DNA of 64,000 nt from Malacoraja senta. Taxonomy: Eukaryota. Positions within the stretch are counted from its first letter, which is position 1. Every line of letters starts with the position of its first letter. Under the pieces are notes generated by a model. It had not been told where the DNA came from, searched no databases, and saw only the letters and a list, made by a program, of their open reading frames with translations. Positions 23,925 through 35,702 of this stretch are shown one piece after another. Position numbers and translations under genes: made by a program. The DNA lies in the NCBI GenBank assembly GCA_038087875.1, contig CM075990.1:8992001-9056000 (forward strand), given 5' to 3'.

Positions 23925-24226
23925 AATTTAGAGATACAGAGCGGAAACAGGCCCATCGGCCCACTGAGTCAGCGCCCACCAACAATCCCTGTACACTATC
24001 ACTATCCTATACACTCGGGACAATTTACAATTTTTACCAAAGCCAAATTAACCTACAAACCTAAACGTCTTTGGAGTTTGGGAGGAAACCAGAGCACCCG
24101 GTGAAAACCTACGCGGTCACAGGGCAAAAGTACAAACTCCATACAAACAGCACCGGTAGTCAGGATCGGACCCAGGTCTCTGGCTCTGTAAGGCAGCAAC
24201 TCTACCGCTGCGCCACCGTGCTGCCC
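23925..24226 (-). mobile_element. HE1/V-SINE-type SINE
   Basis: Reverse complement of the same consensus. Confidence 0.88.
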
Positions 24227-25731
24227 AAAAGTGTACATAACTGGCTATTTAAATCTGCCGATAGATGAACTGGAACAGCAGCTTCCTGACTCCTTGCATC
24301 TCAGCAGCTTGAGTGTCAGGATGTAAAACCTCTCTCTGAGGCCTTGCTCTCGTTTGTAGTTTCTATGCCATTTACTTTCTCATTCCCACTTATCATTGGC
24401 ACCAACTTGTTGCCTGAGACCCTGTGTTTCCCCAGTTTAGTCGTGAGCAATTAGATTGCTGCGTCTCCTCCCCCACTTGACTTTAATATCTCTTGGGTGA
24501 CAGTGGACATCCTAGTGCCACCACTGAGACTGGGGTCAGTGCATTTTTAAACGCAAGGATGATAAACACATGAGCAAGAAAAGAATAAGTATATTTTAGT
24601 GAACTGAATTGCTCAGAAATGCAATGGTACAAATACATGTTAACAGATGTGTTGCAACATTATAAGTTCCATGCAATTTTCAGTGTGGAAAATTCCCCAG
24701 CCTTGTGGCATTTCTTGGAGTGGAAACTGGACTATTTGGATATTTTGTGACTTTTCCAGCACTAAGACGGTTAAGGGGAGCAGCTGCTTGCCAACACCAC
24801 CACTCACTGGTTCCTCACAAAGTCGCGTAACATCCTGACATGGCACTACTTGGCTGCCCCTGGTTTCAAGTCCTGGAACTCCTCCTTAACACACAATTGA
24901 CACATTCTTCCCAGATGAACTGCAGTGGTTCAAGAGGGTGTCTCATCACCGCCCTCTAAAGGGCCATTAGTAAATGGCAGTAAATGCAGAACATGCCAGC
25001 AATCCCGGAACTAAGCTAAATGAAAGAGAGACACAGAATGTTGTAGTAACTCAGCGGGTCAGGCAGCATCTCTGGAGAGAAGGAATGGGTGACATTTCGG
25101 GTCCAAAGGGTCTGCAGTTCCTTCCTACACATAAAATAAAGAGAGAAATGGCCCATCAAAAGGGACCTCCTTTTATAGCGCTATTGACAAGGAACAGCCC
25201 TGACACAACTAGAAAGGATTTTACTGAGTGGGATGGAGACTTGTTACAATTACCTGGTGAAGACTGAATTCATTTGTAAAGCTGTAAGGTGTTGAATACA
25301 GAAGCGACTGAACACAAAATGGATGAAATATTTTCTTCTTATTTTTGCAAATGACATTCTGCTAATTCTTTCGCAGAGTGAGTCACTGCACGTCTCATTG
25401 TTATTGAGAATCTGCTGCCATCTGAGATAAAAGCCAAGCTTGATTTAGCCATCACAATAACCCCATAACTGTTCAGCTTTACTTCCTCCCACAAAATGCT
25501 CTTCCATCGTGTCACATTATTGGTTTATTTTATTGCTGGTTTATTATCTCAACCGATGTGTGTCTGTTCTTTGTTTATTGAGAACGGAATAAAATGTAAT
25601 GTGCCCCCTTCCAATAAAAATAAAACTAAAGTTGCAGGGATCTGACCTACAGCTGAAGCGACAGAAGAATTTATCACCATGGTTAACAACTCTTCATCAT
25701 TTTCTCCAAGAGGAAAAAAATCAGCCAACAA

Positions 25732-25825
25732 GTCAGGATGGCTAGGACGGACTAATGCACTGCATTCAGGTGCATTCGGGTCACAGTCTCCTCTGGAGGC
25801 ATGGGTTCGAATCCCACTCCTGACA
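25732..25825 (+). pseudogene. tRNA-Leu(CAG) pseudogene
   Basis: GTCAGGATGG...TTCAGGT...CAGTCTCCTCTGGAGGCATGGGTTCGAATCCCACTCCTGACA resembles vertebrate tRNA-Leu-CAG. It has CpG-decay substitutions, a damaged D arm and a 10-bp tandem duplication over the anticodon arm. Confidence 0.85.
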
Positions 25826-25831
25826 CATTTA

Positions 25832-26168
25832 AGGTGGCACAGTAGCGCAGTGGTAGATCTGTTGCCTTATAGAGCTTATAGTGCCAGGGTCCCGGGTTTG
25901 ATCGCAACTACGGATGCTGTCTGCACGGTGTTTGTACGTTCTCCCAGTGACCACGTGGGTTTTCTCGGAGATCTTCGGTTTCCTCCCACACTCGAAAGAC
26001 GTACAGGTTTGTAGGTTAAATGGCTTGGTGTATGTGTAAAAATTGTTCCTAATGTGTGTGTGTGTAAGATAGTGTTAATGTGTTAATGTGTGGGGATCGC
26101 TGGTCGGTGCGGAATCAGTTGGCCGAAGGGCCTGTTTCCAGGCTGCAACTTTAAATTAAACTAAAAAT
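25832..26168 (+). mobile_element. HE1/V-SINE-type SINE immediately 3' of the tRNA pseudogene
   Basis: Same consensus. Confidence 0.86.
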
Positions 26169-26929
26169 TACTTTCTCTCCAGCAGCAGCCGCAGGCAAAG
26201 ATCAAAATGACAGTCTCATTCAAACTTACGAATTGGATTAATTATGAGCTTCATGGGGTGACATGAGATAACAATCGAACACAAAAACATCGTGAACTTT
26301 CAATACGAGAGTTTCCAGATCAGACCTCAGGCTAAAACTGTATTGAGAATCATTCCGCAGAGAGGAAGGAAATTAAGACTTCCATTCCCTTCCCCATTTG
26401 TGGCAGTAACAGCACTTAAAGAAAAGCAAACTACAGGGACCTGAAATGAAAAAAATGCTGGAAATGTTCAGGCTTCTACTGCAGAGAAAAACAGAGGTAA
26501 TTTTTCAGGTGAGTGATCTTACGTCAGAACTGGAGAATGATAGAGGCGAGCGATAGCAGAGTTGTCGAAATCTGACACTGTCAGGGACATCAATGAGGGT
26601 CCTGATGCCCCAAGTCCCAAACTTCATGTTGAAGAGCAGAAGTTGGCTACAAATGACTTATTTTAACATTGGAGTGGTCATTACATACTAGTAAGATTGT
26701 GGTCTGGTGATTAAGGAGCCTGAGCTGACAAGAGAACAGGTTGAGGCAAGTGGAAATTAACACACATATTTGGACGTATATATAGGCACCTTCAACAATT
26801 ACATGGATGCAAGTACATATGGGTAGGTACAAGCACAGATACCCTTGCCCACATCCCCCTTAATGCTGCCCTCATCTAAACCCCCCCCCCCCTTAACACT
26901 TAATCCTCCCCATCCATGAATCTCCTTTG

Positions 26930-27068
26930 GTAGACGAAAATGCTGGAGAAACTCAGCGGTTGACGCAGCATCTATGGAGCGAAGGAATAGATGCTCCATA
27001 GATGCTGCCTCACCCGCTGAGTTCCGTCTACCTTCATATTTTTCCAGCATCTGCAGTTCTTTCTTAAA
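26930..27068. mobile_element. Short fold-back Penelope pLTR mini-element
   Basis: Inverted arms. 15-bp TSD CATGAATCTCCTTTG at 26915-26929 and 27069-27083. Confidence 0.82.
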
Positions 27069-27352
27069 CATGAATCTCCTTTGCTTCAGTCCATTCCCTT
27101 GAGTTTGCGTTGTCCCTCAGAGACATCTACTTTCCTACATCTATCAGGTTCTTGAACCGACCTGCTAACCCTGCACCGCAGAGACCTGTTGCACTACCAA
27201 GGACTTGCTTTCTAACTGTGTATTATGGCACAAATGTCTTCTTTCATAGGTCTGTTTCTTGTAGAAATTTTATGTATCATTTATGTTATGTGTTTGTCTA
27301 AGTTTGTGGCTGTGATGCTGCTGCAAGCAAGGTTTTCATTGTGCCTGCATCT

Positions 27353-27682
27353 CACGGTGGCATAGCGGTAGAGCTACTGCCTTACAGCACCAGAGACCCG
27401 GGTTCGATCCTGACTATGGGTGCTTGTCTGTATGGAGTTTGTACGTTCTCCCTATGACCTGTGTGTGTTTTCTCCGAGGTCTTCGGTTTCCTCCCACACT
27501 CCTAAGACGTACATGTTTGTAGGTTAATTGACTTGATATGAATGTAAACAAATGTTAAATTGTCCCTAGTGTGTGCAGGGTAGTGTAAGTGTGCAGAGAT
27601 CGCTGGTCGGTATGGACTCAGTGGGTTGAAGGGCCTGTTTCCGTGCTCTATTGCTAAACTAATCTAAACTAAAACTAAACTT
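27353..27682 (+). mobile_element. HE1/V-SINE-type SINE
   Basis: Same consensus. Confidence 0.88.
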
Positions 27683-28009
27683 GACTTGACTTGACTCCTA
27701 CAGCAAACAGCAGATGTGGTGCGTCACCTCACAAAATATTCATCTGACCTGCTGTCCCAACTTAGCAAGCACCATCTGCCCCATCAGTGGCAGGGTCTAT
27801 ACATCAGTCACCTCACAACCCAGAGAGCTGGATTGGAAGCAATTCACCCTCACACGCCAAGACTGCTAGAGAGAGAGGCAATCGAGTTTCAATTTGCCAG
27901 GAAAGTGGGATGAAGGAAAAGAGAGAACAAAATAAAAGTTATTTGATAGGTGAGAGGGAAAAATTATTAAATAAGCAAAAGGCTGGGGTAAGTGAACAAA
28001 GTAAGGAAC

Positions 28010-28730
28010 ATGTGTAGGAAGGAACTGCAGATGCTGGTTTAAACCAAAGGTAGACAGAAAATGCTGGAGTAACTCAGCGAGACAGACAGCATCTCTGGAG
28101 AGAATGAATGGGTGACGTTTCTGGTTGAGACCCTTCTTCAGACTTGAAGTTTGATCTAAAAGAACGTCCAAATGAGGTGTGGATGGGAACAACAGGTGCA
28201 CTGCCTGAAATACACTCATGATTCAGTCCATGATCGTAATGCAGAAAGTCTGAAGAAGGGTACCGACCCAAAACGGCACTTTTTCTCCAGAGATGCTGCT
28301 TGACCCGCTGAGTAAAGCCCCTGTCCCACTTAGGAGACCTAAACAGCAACCTCTGGTGACCTTGCCCGCCACCCAAGGTTTCCATGAGGTCACCGGAGGT
28401 TTTGGTCACTCTCCCTAATGGTCGAAAATGGTTTCCACGTGGTCGAGGCTTCATCTAGGTTGCTGTTATTTTTTCATCATGTTTAAAACCGGCCTCGACT
28501 AAAAATAGGTTGCTGTTTTAAAAATCTATAATTTTTTAGTCGCAGGTCTAGTCGAAGCCGGTTTTCTTCATAGTCGAGGAAGGTTTTCAACATATGCTTG
28601 GGAGGTGGTAGGAGGTTGCAGGTCACCTTGACATTGATTTTTTTTTGGGTGGCGGGCAAGGTCCCCAGAGGTTGCTGTTTAGGTCTCCTAAGTGGGACAG
28701 GGGTTTTACTCCAGAACTTTGTGTCTATCC
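28010..28730. mobile_element. Fold-back Penelope pLTR element whose right arm is interrupted by a Harbinger MITE
   Basis: pLTR minus at ~28010-28145, pLTR plus at ~28247-28313, resuming at 28706 (ttactccag...ttgtgtctat). Confidence 0.72.
28316..28705. mobile_element. PIF/Harbinger-type MITE (390 bp, ~61-bp TIRs)
   Basis: TIR A(G/A)CCCCTGTCCCACTTAGGAGACCTAAACAGCAACCTCTGG... at both ends. 3-bp TAA/TTA flanks at a host TTA site. Confidence 0.88.
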
Positions 28731-29196
28731 ATGATTGTAATGTCCCTAGCTGAAAGATGAAATGCAATGTGGATAGAGAATGGCAAAGGGAGTCATGGAG
28801 GTGAACTCAAGTGATTGAGGGCCAGAAATCTTTGTTTCACATTTACCAACTTAAAACAAGCAAAGATTCATATAATGGAAATAAAGAGTGAATATACTGC
28901 AAGGGAAATAACATATTTTACTGTAATTTTCTCAATGATGAGCCAATTGTTCTTGGGACGATTCATGGGAATCACGCCATGATTCTGGTGTGTGAAAATA
29001 TTGTCATCAAATAGCACACATGTTATTGGCAGAAGTGTATACGTTTCCATCCATTTGCTCGACAATATTTGTTACAATTTATACTATTTTCATGTTTCTC
29101 AACACAAGGTGTTGTAAACCAGTTGTAAACCAAATGTTAGGATGTAAAAATGAGTCAGTTCCACCTGCAAATAAATCCAAAGTAATTATAAAACAT

Positions 29197-29394
29197 GTAG
29201 GAAGGAACTGCAGATGCTGGTTTACACCAAATATAGACACAAAATGCTGGAGTAACTCAGCGGGTCAGGCAGCATCTCTGGAGAAAAGGAACAGGTGACG
29301 TTTCAGGTCAAGACCTTTTTTCAGACTGAGAGGCCCTTCCTCCAGGAATGCTGCTCGACCCGCTGCGCTACTCCACCATTTTGTGTCTATCTTC
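29197..29394. mobile_element. Fold-back Penelope pLTR mini-element
   Basis: 14-bp TSD TAATTATAAAACAT at 29183-29196 and 29395-29408. Confidence 0.8.
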
Positions 29395-30050
29395 TAATTA
29401 TAAAACATCCTGGAATATCAATTATCCACGGCATTGATATTCTGAGGAATTTATACTGTCAGTTTCCTGATTCAGAAGTTGGGATCTCAAAGATCAAATA
29501 ATTGGACCCCATGGCTTCTCGAGCCAGTTTCACAATAGAATAAGATCACACCAGGTATTTGGCTCCACTTTCCAGCCAGTTTCTCATAGTGCGTGTCATC
29601 CCTATAGACCAAAAACATGTCTATCTCAGCACTCAATACTTTAGTGATTTTGCCTTCAAAATCCTGGGGTCGAGCTCTTCAAATTTCATAACCCTCCAAG
29701 ATGAGTGATTCATCTCCATCTAAAGTGGGTGATTTCTTATTCCGAAAAGATGTCTCCCAAGAGAAGAGGCAACATCTCAACATCTACCAGCCAACCTCCC
29801 CGTGAATATTACATAAGTTAATATGATCAATAATATTGTCAAATAAGTAACAGGGAATGTGCAAGCAAACTTAACTCAGAGTTCAGATGCTGTTTGGGTT
29901 AGGAAAATACCTGAATCTAGATTAGAAATTAAAATTCAATTTAATGAAAGCTTAATCCCAAATTTCTTCCAAAATTTCCAAAAATTGAAGAGATCCTGAG
30001 TGGATTGGATTCAACCCAGATGTAGATTGGGGCTTGGGACTGCAACTGTG

Positions 30051-30082
<32 letters not shown>
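30051..30082. repeat. (AAGT)8 microsatellite, forming the tail of a minus-strand LINE 3' fragment (to ~30300)
   Basis: Perfect repeat adjacent to tttatt (AATAAA on minus). Confidence 0.8.
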
Positions 30083-32173
30083 TTATTGGCCAAGTATTCA
30101 CATACAAGGAATTAGCCTTGGTGCTCCACCATGTAACAACATGACATACAATGACAATTACGAATGATTCAGAAAACACTAAACATTAATAATAATAAAA
30201 CATTAATGATAAAGCACCATTGATCAAGCATGTGAACCAACAAAATACCAGATCGAAGGGAGGCTACAGATTTTTGGCTGTTGAGTAGAGCAACTACTCG
30301 TGAAAAGAGGGAAGGTGAAAGTCCTGAATATCTCAGTTGAGGTGATCATAAATGTAATGTCTGTTACCTGCATAATTACATAAATTGCCTTCGGGGGTCA
30401 GAGGCTATGGGGAGAAGGCAGGAGAATGGGGTTAGGAGGGAGAGATAGATCAGCCATGATTGAATAGCGGAGTAGACTTTATGGGCCAAATAGCCTAATT
30501 CTTCTCCAATCACTGATAATCTTATGATCTTAATTAGTGTATTAATCCTTGTAATTATATGGAACCATCCAGGATCAAAAGAGACAAATTGTTCTATTGT
30601 GCCCGAAAAGACATATCCAATTAATTTTAATCCCCCTGACTACCACTGTTGGCTAGTAGCAGTTCCTCTACAAGTATTTGTTTCTTTTGAAGTTATTATT
30701 GAATCGTCTTCACTACACCCACAGAGCATTGTAGATCAACAATGAAGCTTAGAATTATGGAAATGTAATTCTGCGTGCAATGCTGGTTACAAGATGGATG
30801 TAGAGGCTTTAGAAAAGGTGCAGAGGAGGTTTATCAGAATGATGCCTGGATTAGGAGATATTAACTACAGTGAGAGATTGGACAGACTTGGATTAATTCT
30901 CTGGAATGTCAGAGGTTGCAGCGAGACCATTTCTCGATATGCAGGAAATGGAGAGATACGGATTATGTACAGGTAGATAAGAGATGGTCTTGGCATATTG
31001 TTTGCCACACAGACTTTGTTAAGTGTAATTTTTATATAAGCATTAAAGTAATTTATGTATTACTAAGCATACAGGTTGTCCTTTCCAATGCAGCTATGTG
31101 GCGCTGAGGGCGTGTTTCATCATCAGAGAGTGACCGCGAGAGGCATCCCCCCCCCACCCCCTCTCCAGGGAACGAAGGCAGAAGAGGTCCAGGCTTTGAG
31201 AGAGACAATGGTTTGCGGGACAGCCATAATGGAGGTGATGGCTGCAACAGGTCTTTGTGCCCAGCTGCAGCTGGGACTGTAAATTGGCTGTTCTGTGCAT
31301 TCCATACTGACTGGGACGGTTGTATTTATGTACGGTGATAGTCTTGCTGATCTGTACGCAAAAAAAATGTATTTTACTGTGTACCAGGCACACGTGACAA
31401 TAGAGAAACGATTGACCATTGACCTTCAGTACTGTGCAACTACTGGTGTCCGTAATCTCTCGTGACACTCAAGGGTATGGAACTGGCACACAGGGCCCCA
31501 TCACAAATCAAACCGAAATCCAGAGAAACGATAGGAATATTCACAGCAATTTAAACTGGAGTGTTAGTAACAGTGTGAAATAAAGAGACAACTTGTAAAA
31601 TACCTCAGCGTGAATTAAATTAAATTAAATCATCCGGTTACCAGTTGGTCTCCATTTAAATTATTACTTCCTTACTGGGGAAAGCGCAAGACTACACAGC
31701 TGCTGAAAGTAGGATAAATGGATATGGAGGTGCCACTTGATGATATTTTAACCTGAGATCCGCCTGTGCCTTGAAGAGGTTGTAAAACGTCATACTGCGT
31801 TCTTGCAGAAGAGCAGACAAGATCTTCCCAAATCACTGGTCAAAATCTACCCCTCCACTCACAACTGTGAGTATTTGACCATGATCAAATTGTTGTTAGA
31901 GGGAGCTTGCAATGCAGAAATCCTATGAAATGATTTTGAAAACATCTCAACGGTGTTTCGTTTTGATACTGAATTGTTTTGGGACATCCTGGGATCAATA
32001 AAATGCTGTCGTAGCTCTTTATAATCAATTGACATAAGAAGTATTGGATCCTGTTGTGCAAACTTAGAATTTGATCTGCAGAGGCAGATTGCTCTTCAGT
32101 TTAACAAAACATTCGAAGAATGCCATCTCCAACAACCCTATGAATCCTCATTACTACTCCTCTGGCAGCGTAA

Positions 32174-32419
32174 AGGGCCTGTCCCACTTGGGCGTCATTT
32201 GCGCGTCACGCAGATGGCGCGCAAAGATTTTGTACATCTCAAATTCTTGGGGCGCCACTCGCGACCGCGCGTCGCTGCCTACGTCACCACGTACCATGCG
32301 CGCGTAATGCGCACCATGCGTGCATCACGTGAGCGGCACGACACGTGCGTCGTGCGTCTTGATGCGTAAATGATGTCACGTAAATTACGCGCAAATGACG
32401 CCCAAGTGGGACAGGCCCT
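32174..32419. mobile_element. PIF/Harbinger-type MITE (246 bp, CpG-rich)
   Basis: Perfect TIRs of over 30 bp, AGGGCCTGTCCCACTTGGGCGTCATTTGCGCG. TAA TSD at 32171-32173 and 32420-32422. Confidence 0.92.
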
Positions 32420-32608
32420 TAACACTATCTCATTACTGCCTCTCCTGCACTGTAGCCCTCTCTCTCATTACTATACCCCAATGTTGTAATGCTCCCTCAT
32501 TACTGCTTCTCCATCAGTGCAACACTCCTTCATTACTGCCTCTCCTGTAATATGACCTTCCCACACTACTGCCTTTCCAGCAGGCTGGTGCCCCCACATA
32601 ACTGCACT

Positions 32609-33204
32609 CAAGAGCGGAACTTGCTATCAAAACATGGAGGGGACGGGGACGCAATTTTTTGGCGGCCGTGCGCGCATGCGCACACTCACACACACGCGCG
32701 CGAGGCTTCGGAGGCTCAATCCAGCGCTAAATGCAGCTCAACTCTGCCTGTCTCGCCGGGTTAACCTACAGCCCTGACTGAACTGACGGGACACCAGCGC
32801 TGCTTCTCCGCGCTGGCCATATTTCACGCAAGCCCAGGCAGAACAGGCAGAGTTGAGCTGGGACTGGTTTAGCGCTGTTTCTCTGTGCTGGGTGTGAGCC
32901 TGGGGGTGCTGCTCCCATCTGACTGCCGACCTCTCTGGCCACCCGCGGGGGGGGGGGGGCACTCGGGACAGCGGCGGAGACCCGGCCGGGATCGATCCTG
33001 CCTGCGGATGAGGCGCAGGTCTGTGCCACGTCTCCCTCCTCCATTCATCGCGCCCTCGATCATCAGTCCCACCCCCACTGTCTCGCGGAAAGCGGAGATT
33101 TTAAAATACGGATCACAAAAACGTGGGGGGATTTCCCCCCACCTCTGAAAACATGGGGGGGACGTGTCCCCTCTGCCCCCCCCCCCCGGGTTTTCCCGCC
33201 CCTG
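32609..33204. mobile_element. Non-autonomous hAT-type DNA transposon (GC-rich)
   Basis: 8-bp TSD ACTGCACT at 32601-32608 and 33205-33212. Imperfect TIRs CAAGAGCGGAA / TCCCGCCCCTG. Subterminal G/C runs. Confidence 0.8.
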
Positions 33205-34299
33205 ACTGCACTAGAGAGAAATGTAGTACTCCCTCATTGCTAACCTTCCAGCAGTGCAGTAGTACGCCCTCATTACTAGTCCAGTGGTGCAACGCTCCCT
33301 AGTCACCATGAGGACAGAAGAGATGGCAGACGCTGGAATGTAGAGCAATAATACACGATGCTTGCCAAATGTCACCACAGAAAGGCGTCCTCTTTTTTAC
33401 TGGAAGAACACAGTAGGTCAAGCAGCATCTGTGGAGGCAGAAAACTGTGTGTCGATCATTCTAGACCCTGCATCCAGACCCTGGATAAGGAACCGATGCA
33501 GGGTCTCAACCTGAAACTTCAACATACATTTTGTGCTTGATCTGCTGAATTCTTCCAGCATTCTATGTTTTGTTTTTACTGCTTCTCCAGCAGTGTGGTT
33601 CTCCCTCATTACTACCCCTCGCTCATTGTGGCCTCTTCAAAAGTACAATGCTCCCTTAATATCACCTCTCCAGCTGTACAGCACTCGTTGAGTATTGTAA
33701 AATTGTAAATTGTCCCTAGTGTGTTTAGGATAGTGTTAGCCTGCGGGGATCGCTGGTTGGCACGGACTCGGCGGGCCAAAAGGTCTGTTTCCACACTATA
33801 TATCGAAACTAAATTAAGATCTATGCTTCCATCAACAGTTCGGGCACCACCAAATGGGCAAGGTCTGAACACAACTCACGCGGAAAGAGATGGGAAAACC
33901 GAGAGCTGCAGACATGGACAGATTGGAGATGAAAACAGTTGCTGTTTGGTGCAGAGAGATGTTTCTTTAACTCTCCATCCCACTCCCTATCGGTCTGTCT
34001 GTAATCTCCTGCCCTGTTCCAGCAGGGTAAACTTGAGAAACGGCACCTCAACCTCTGTTTGGGCACCGTGTTGCCTTTGTCACTGAATGCGGTGCGGCTT
34101 CTCCAACGCTATCTTCAGGACCCACAAAACTGCCTCGCTTGTAATCACATTCTCCTGTCACTCTTGACTAACTAATTATGCAGTACTTAATGAAAAGTTG
34201 CAGAGAGCACTATATAACTCCTTAATTATACTGCCACCCCCACCAATTCATTCATTTTCAAGCTGTGGCTCAAATTCCCACTCCACCAGACAGGCTGTA

Positions 34300-34453
34300 T
34301 AATCGTGAGAGGTCTCCTATGGTCGTGAGAGGTCTCCAAAGAGTCGTAGCGTCTTTCTGGTCGGCGCTGAATTTTCAACATGTTGAAAATTTCGGCGACC
34401 TATCACGGGTGCCGGCAGTCGCCTGTAAAGGTCGTGTAAGTGGGACAGGCCCT
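34300..34453. mobile_element. One end of a related Harbinger MITE
   Basis: Ends in AAGTGGGACAGGCCCT, the same terminus as 32419. No partner TIR found. Confidence 0.65.
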
Positions 34454-34467
34454 TTCCTTGCCAAAGA

Positions 34468-34768
34468 GGGCAGCATGGTGGTGCAGCGGTAGAGTTGCTG
34501 CCTTACAGCGCCAGAAACCCGGGTTAGATCCTGACTGCAGGTGCTTGTCTGTACGGAGTTTGTACGTTTTCCCCGTGACCTGCATGGGTTTTCCCCGGGA
34601 GCTCTGGTTTCCTCCCACACTCCAAAGATTCCAGGTTTGTAGGTTAAATGTCTTGGTACAAATGCAAATTGTTCCTAGTGCGTATAGGATAGTGTTAACG
34701 TGCAGGGATCACTGATTGGCGCGGACCTGGTGGGCCGAAGAGCCTGTTTCCACTCCGTATCTCTGAAT
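34468..34768 (+). mobile_element. HE1/V-SINE-type SINE
   Basis: Same consensus. Confidence 0.86.
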
Positions 34769-35429
34769 TTTTTTTTTAATATGCATTCTAGATTCTAAAT
34801 TTGATGCCTCACCATATTAGGAAATTGATAGCAATGATGTCATCTCCCCTAGCCAAACTGGCTGTGAAAGCTGTTAAACAAATTCAAACGTTTCCGAATG
34901 TCTTTGACAATTTTTGTTTTAATTCAAACATTATTACAAATTAAACACACTGTTAAAAACATTTAAAAAGTTATTAAACTATTTTTTGTAAAATTTTGAA
35001 ACGAAATCATCAGAAAATACTTAAGGCCATTCAAATAGGGTCTCGACCCAAAACGTCTCCCATTCTTTCTCTCCAGAGATGCTTTCGGTCCCACTGAGTT
35101 ACTCCAACTTTTTGTGACTATCTTCGGTTTGAACCAGCAACTGTAGTTCCTTTCTACACAAATATTTTTAAATTAATTTAAATAAATTAAAAAATATAAT
35201 TGATCTCTTGTCCGAATGTAGAATTATCAGGCAGATTCCCAATATCTTTACTCAGAAATCTTTGGAGATTCATGCTCCAATACTGACTCCATGGAGGTCC
35301 AAAGTTGGAGCAATTCCACTGGGATCCACTGAGTTTGTAGCAGAAATTTTTGACCATTGACGTACATCCCTGGAGTCGTTTGTAAGACATGACTATACTG
35401 TGTGACGTCTTATAACCCACCTTATACTG

Positions 35430-35702
35430 CCCAGCGGCAGAGCTGTAGAGCTTCTGCCTCACAGAGCCAGAGATCCGGATTCGATCCTGACCTCGGGTGC
35501 TGTCTGTGTGGAGTTTGCACGTTCCCTGTGTGACTGTGTGGGTTTCCTCCGGGCGTTTCAGTTTCCTCCCGCACCCCAAATGTGTAGGGAGTGGTTGAGA
35601 ATGTGGAGAAACAGAAAACTAGTATGAACAGTGATTATCAGCTTGGACTCGGTGAGGCAAAGGGCCTGTTTCCGTGCTGTATCTCCAAACTGAACTAAAC
35701 TG
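35430..35702 (+). mobile_element. HE1/V-SINE-type SINE (variant middle)
   Basis: Head, V domain and tail are recognisable. Confidence 0.78.

Larger units (their letters stand above)
32143..33690. repeat. Degenerate ~31-33-bp minisatellite (core CTCCCTCATTACTGCCTCTCC..CAGTG), interrupted by three insertions
   Basis: Recurring cctcattact units at ~32146, 32428, 32464, 32495, 32528, 33232, 33268, 33604 and others. Confidence 0.65.

Noticed and set aside
25732..25825. Functional intron-containing tRNA
   Set aside because: The extra 10 nt are a tandem duplication, and the D arm and stems carry disabling substitutions.
32143..33690. Regularly spaced short repeats resembling a CRISPR array
   Set aside because: The repeats are degenerate along their whole length with no unique spacers, there are no cas genes, and the context is a vertebrate genome. 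It is a minisatellite.
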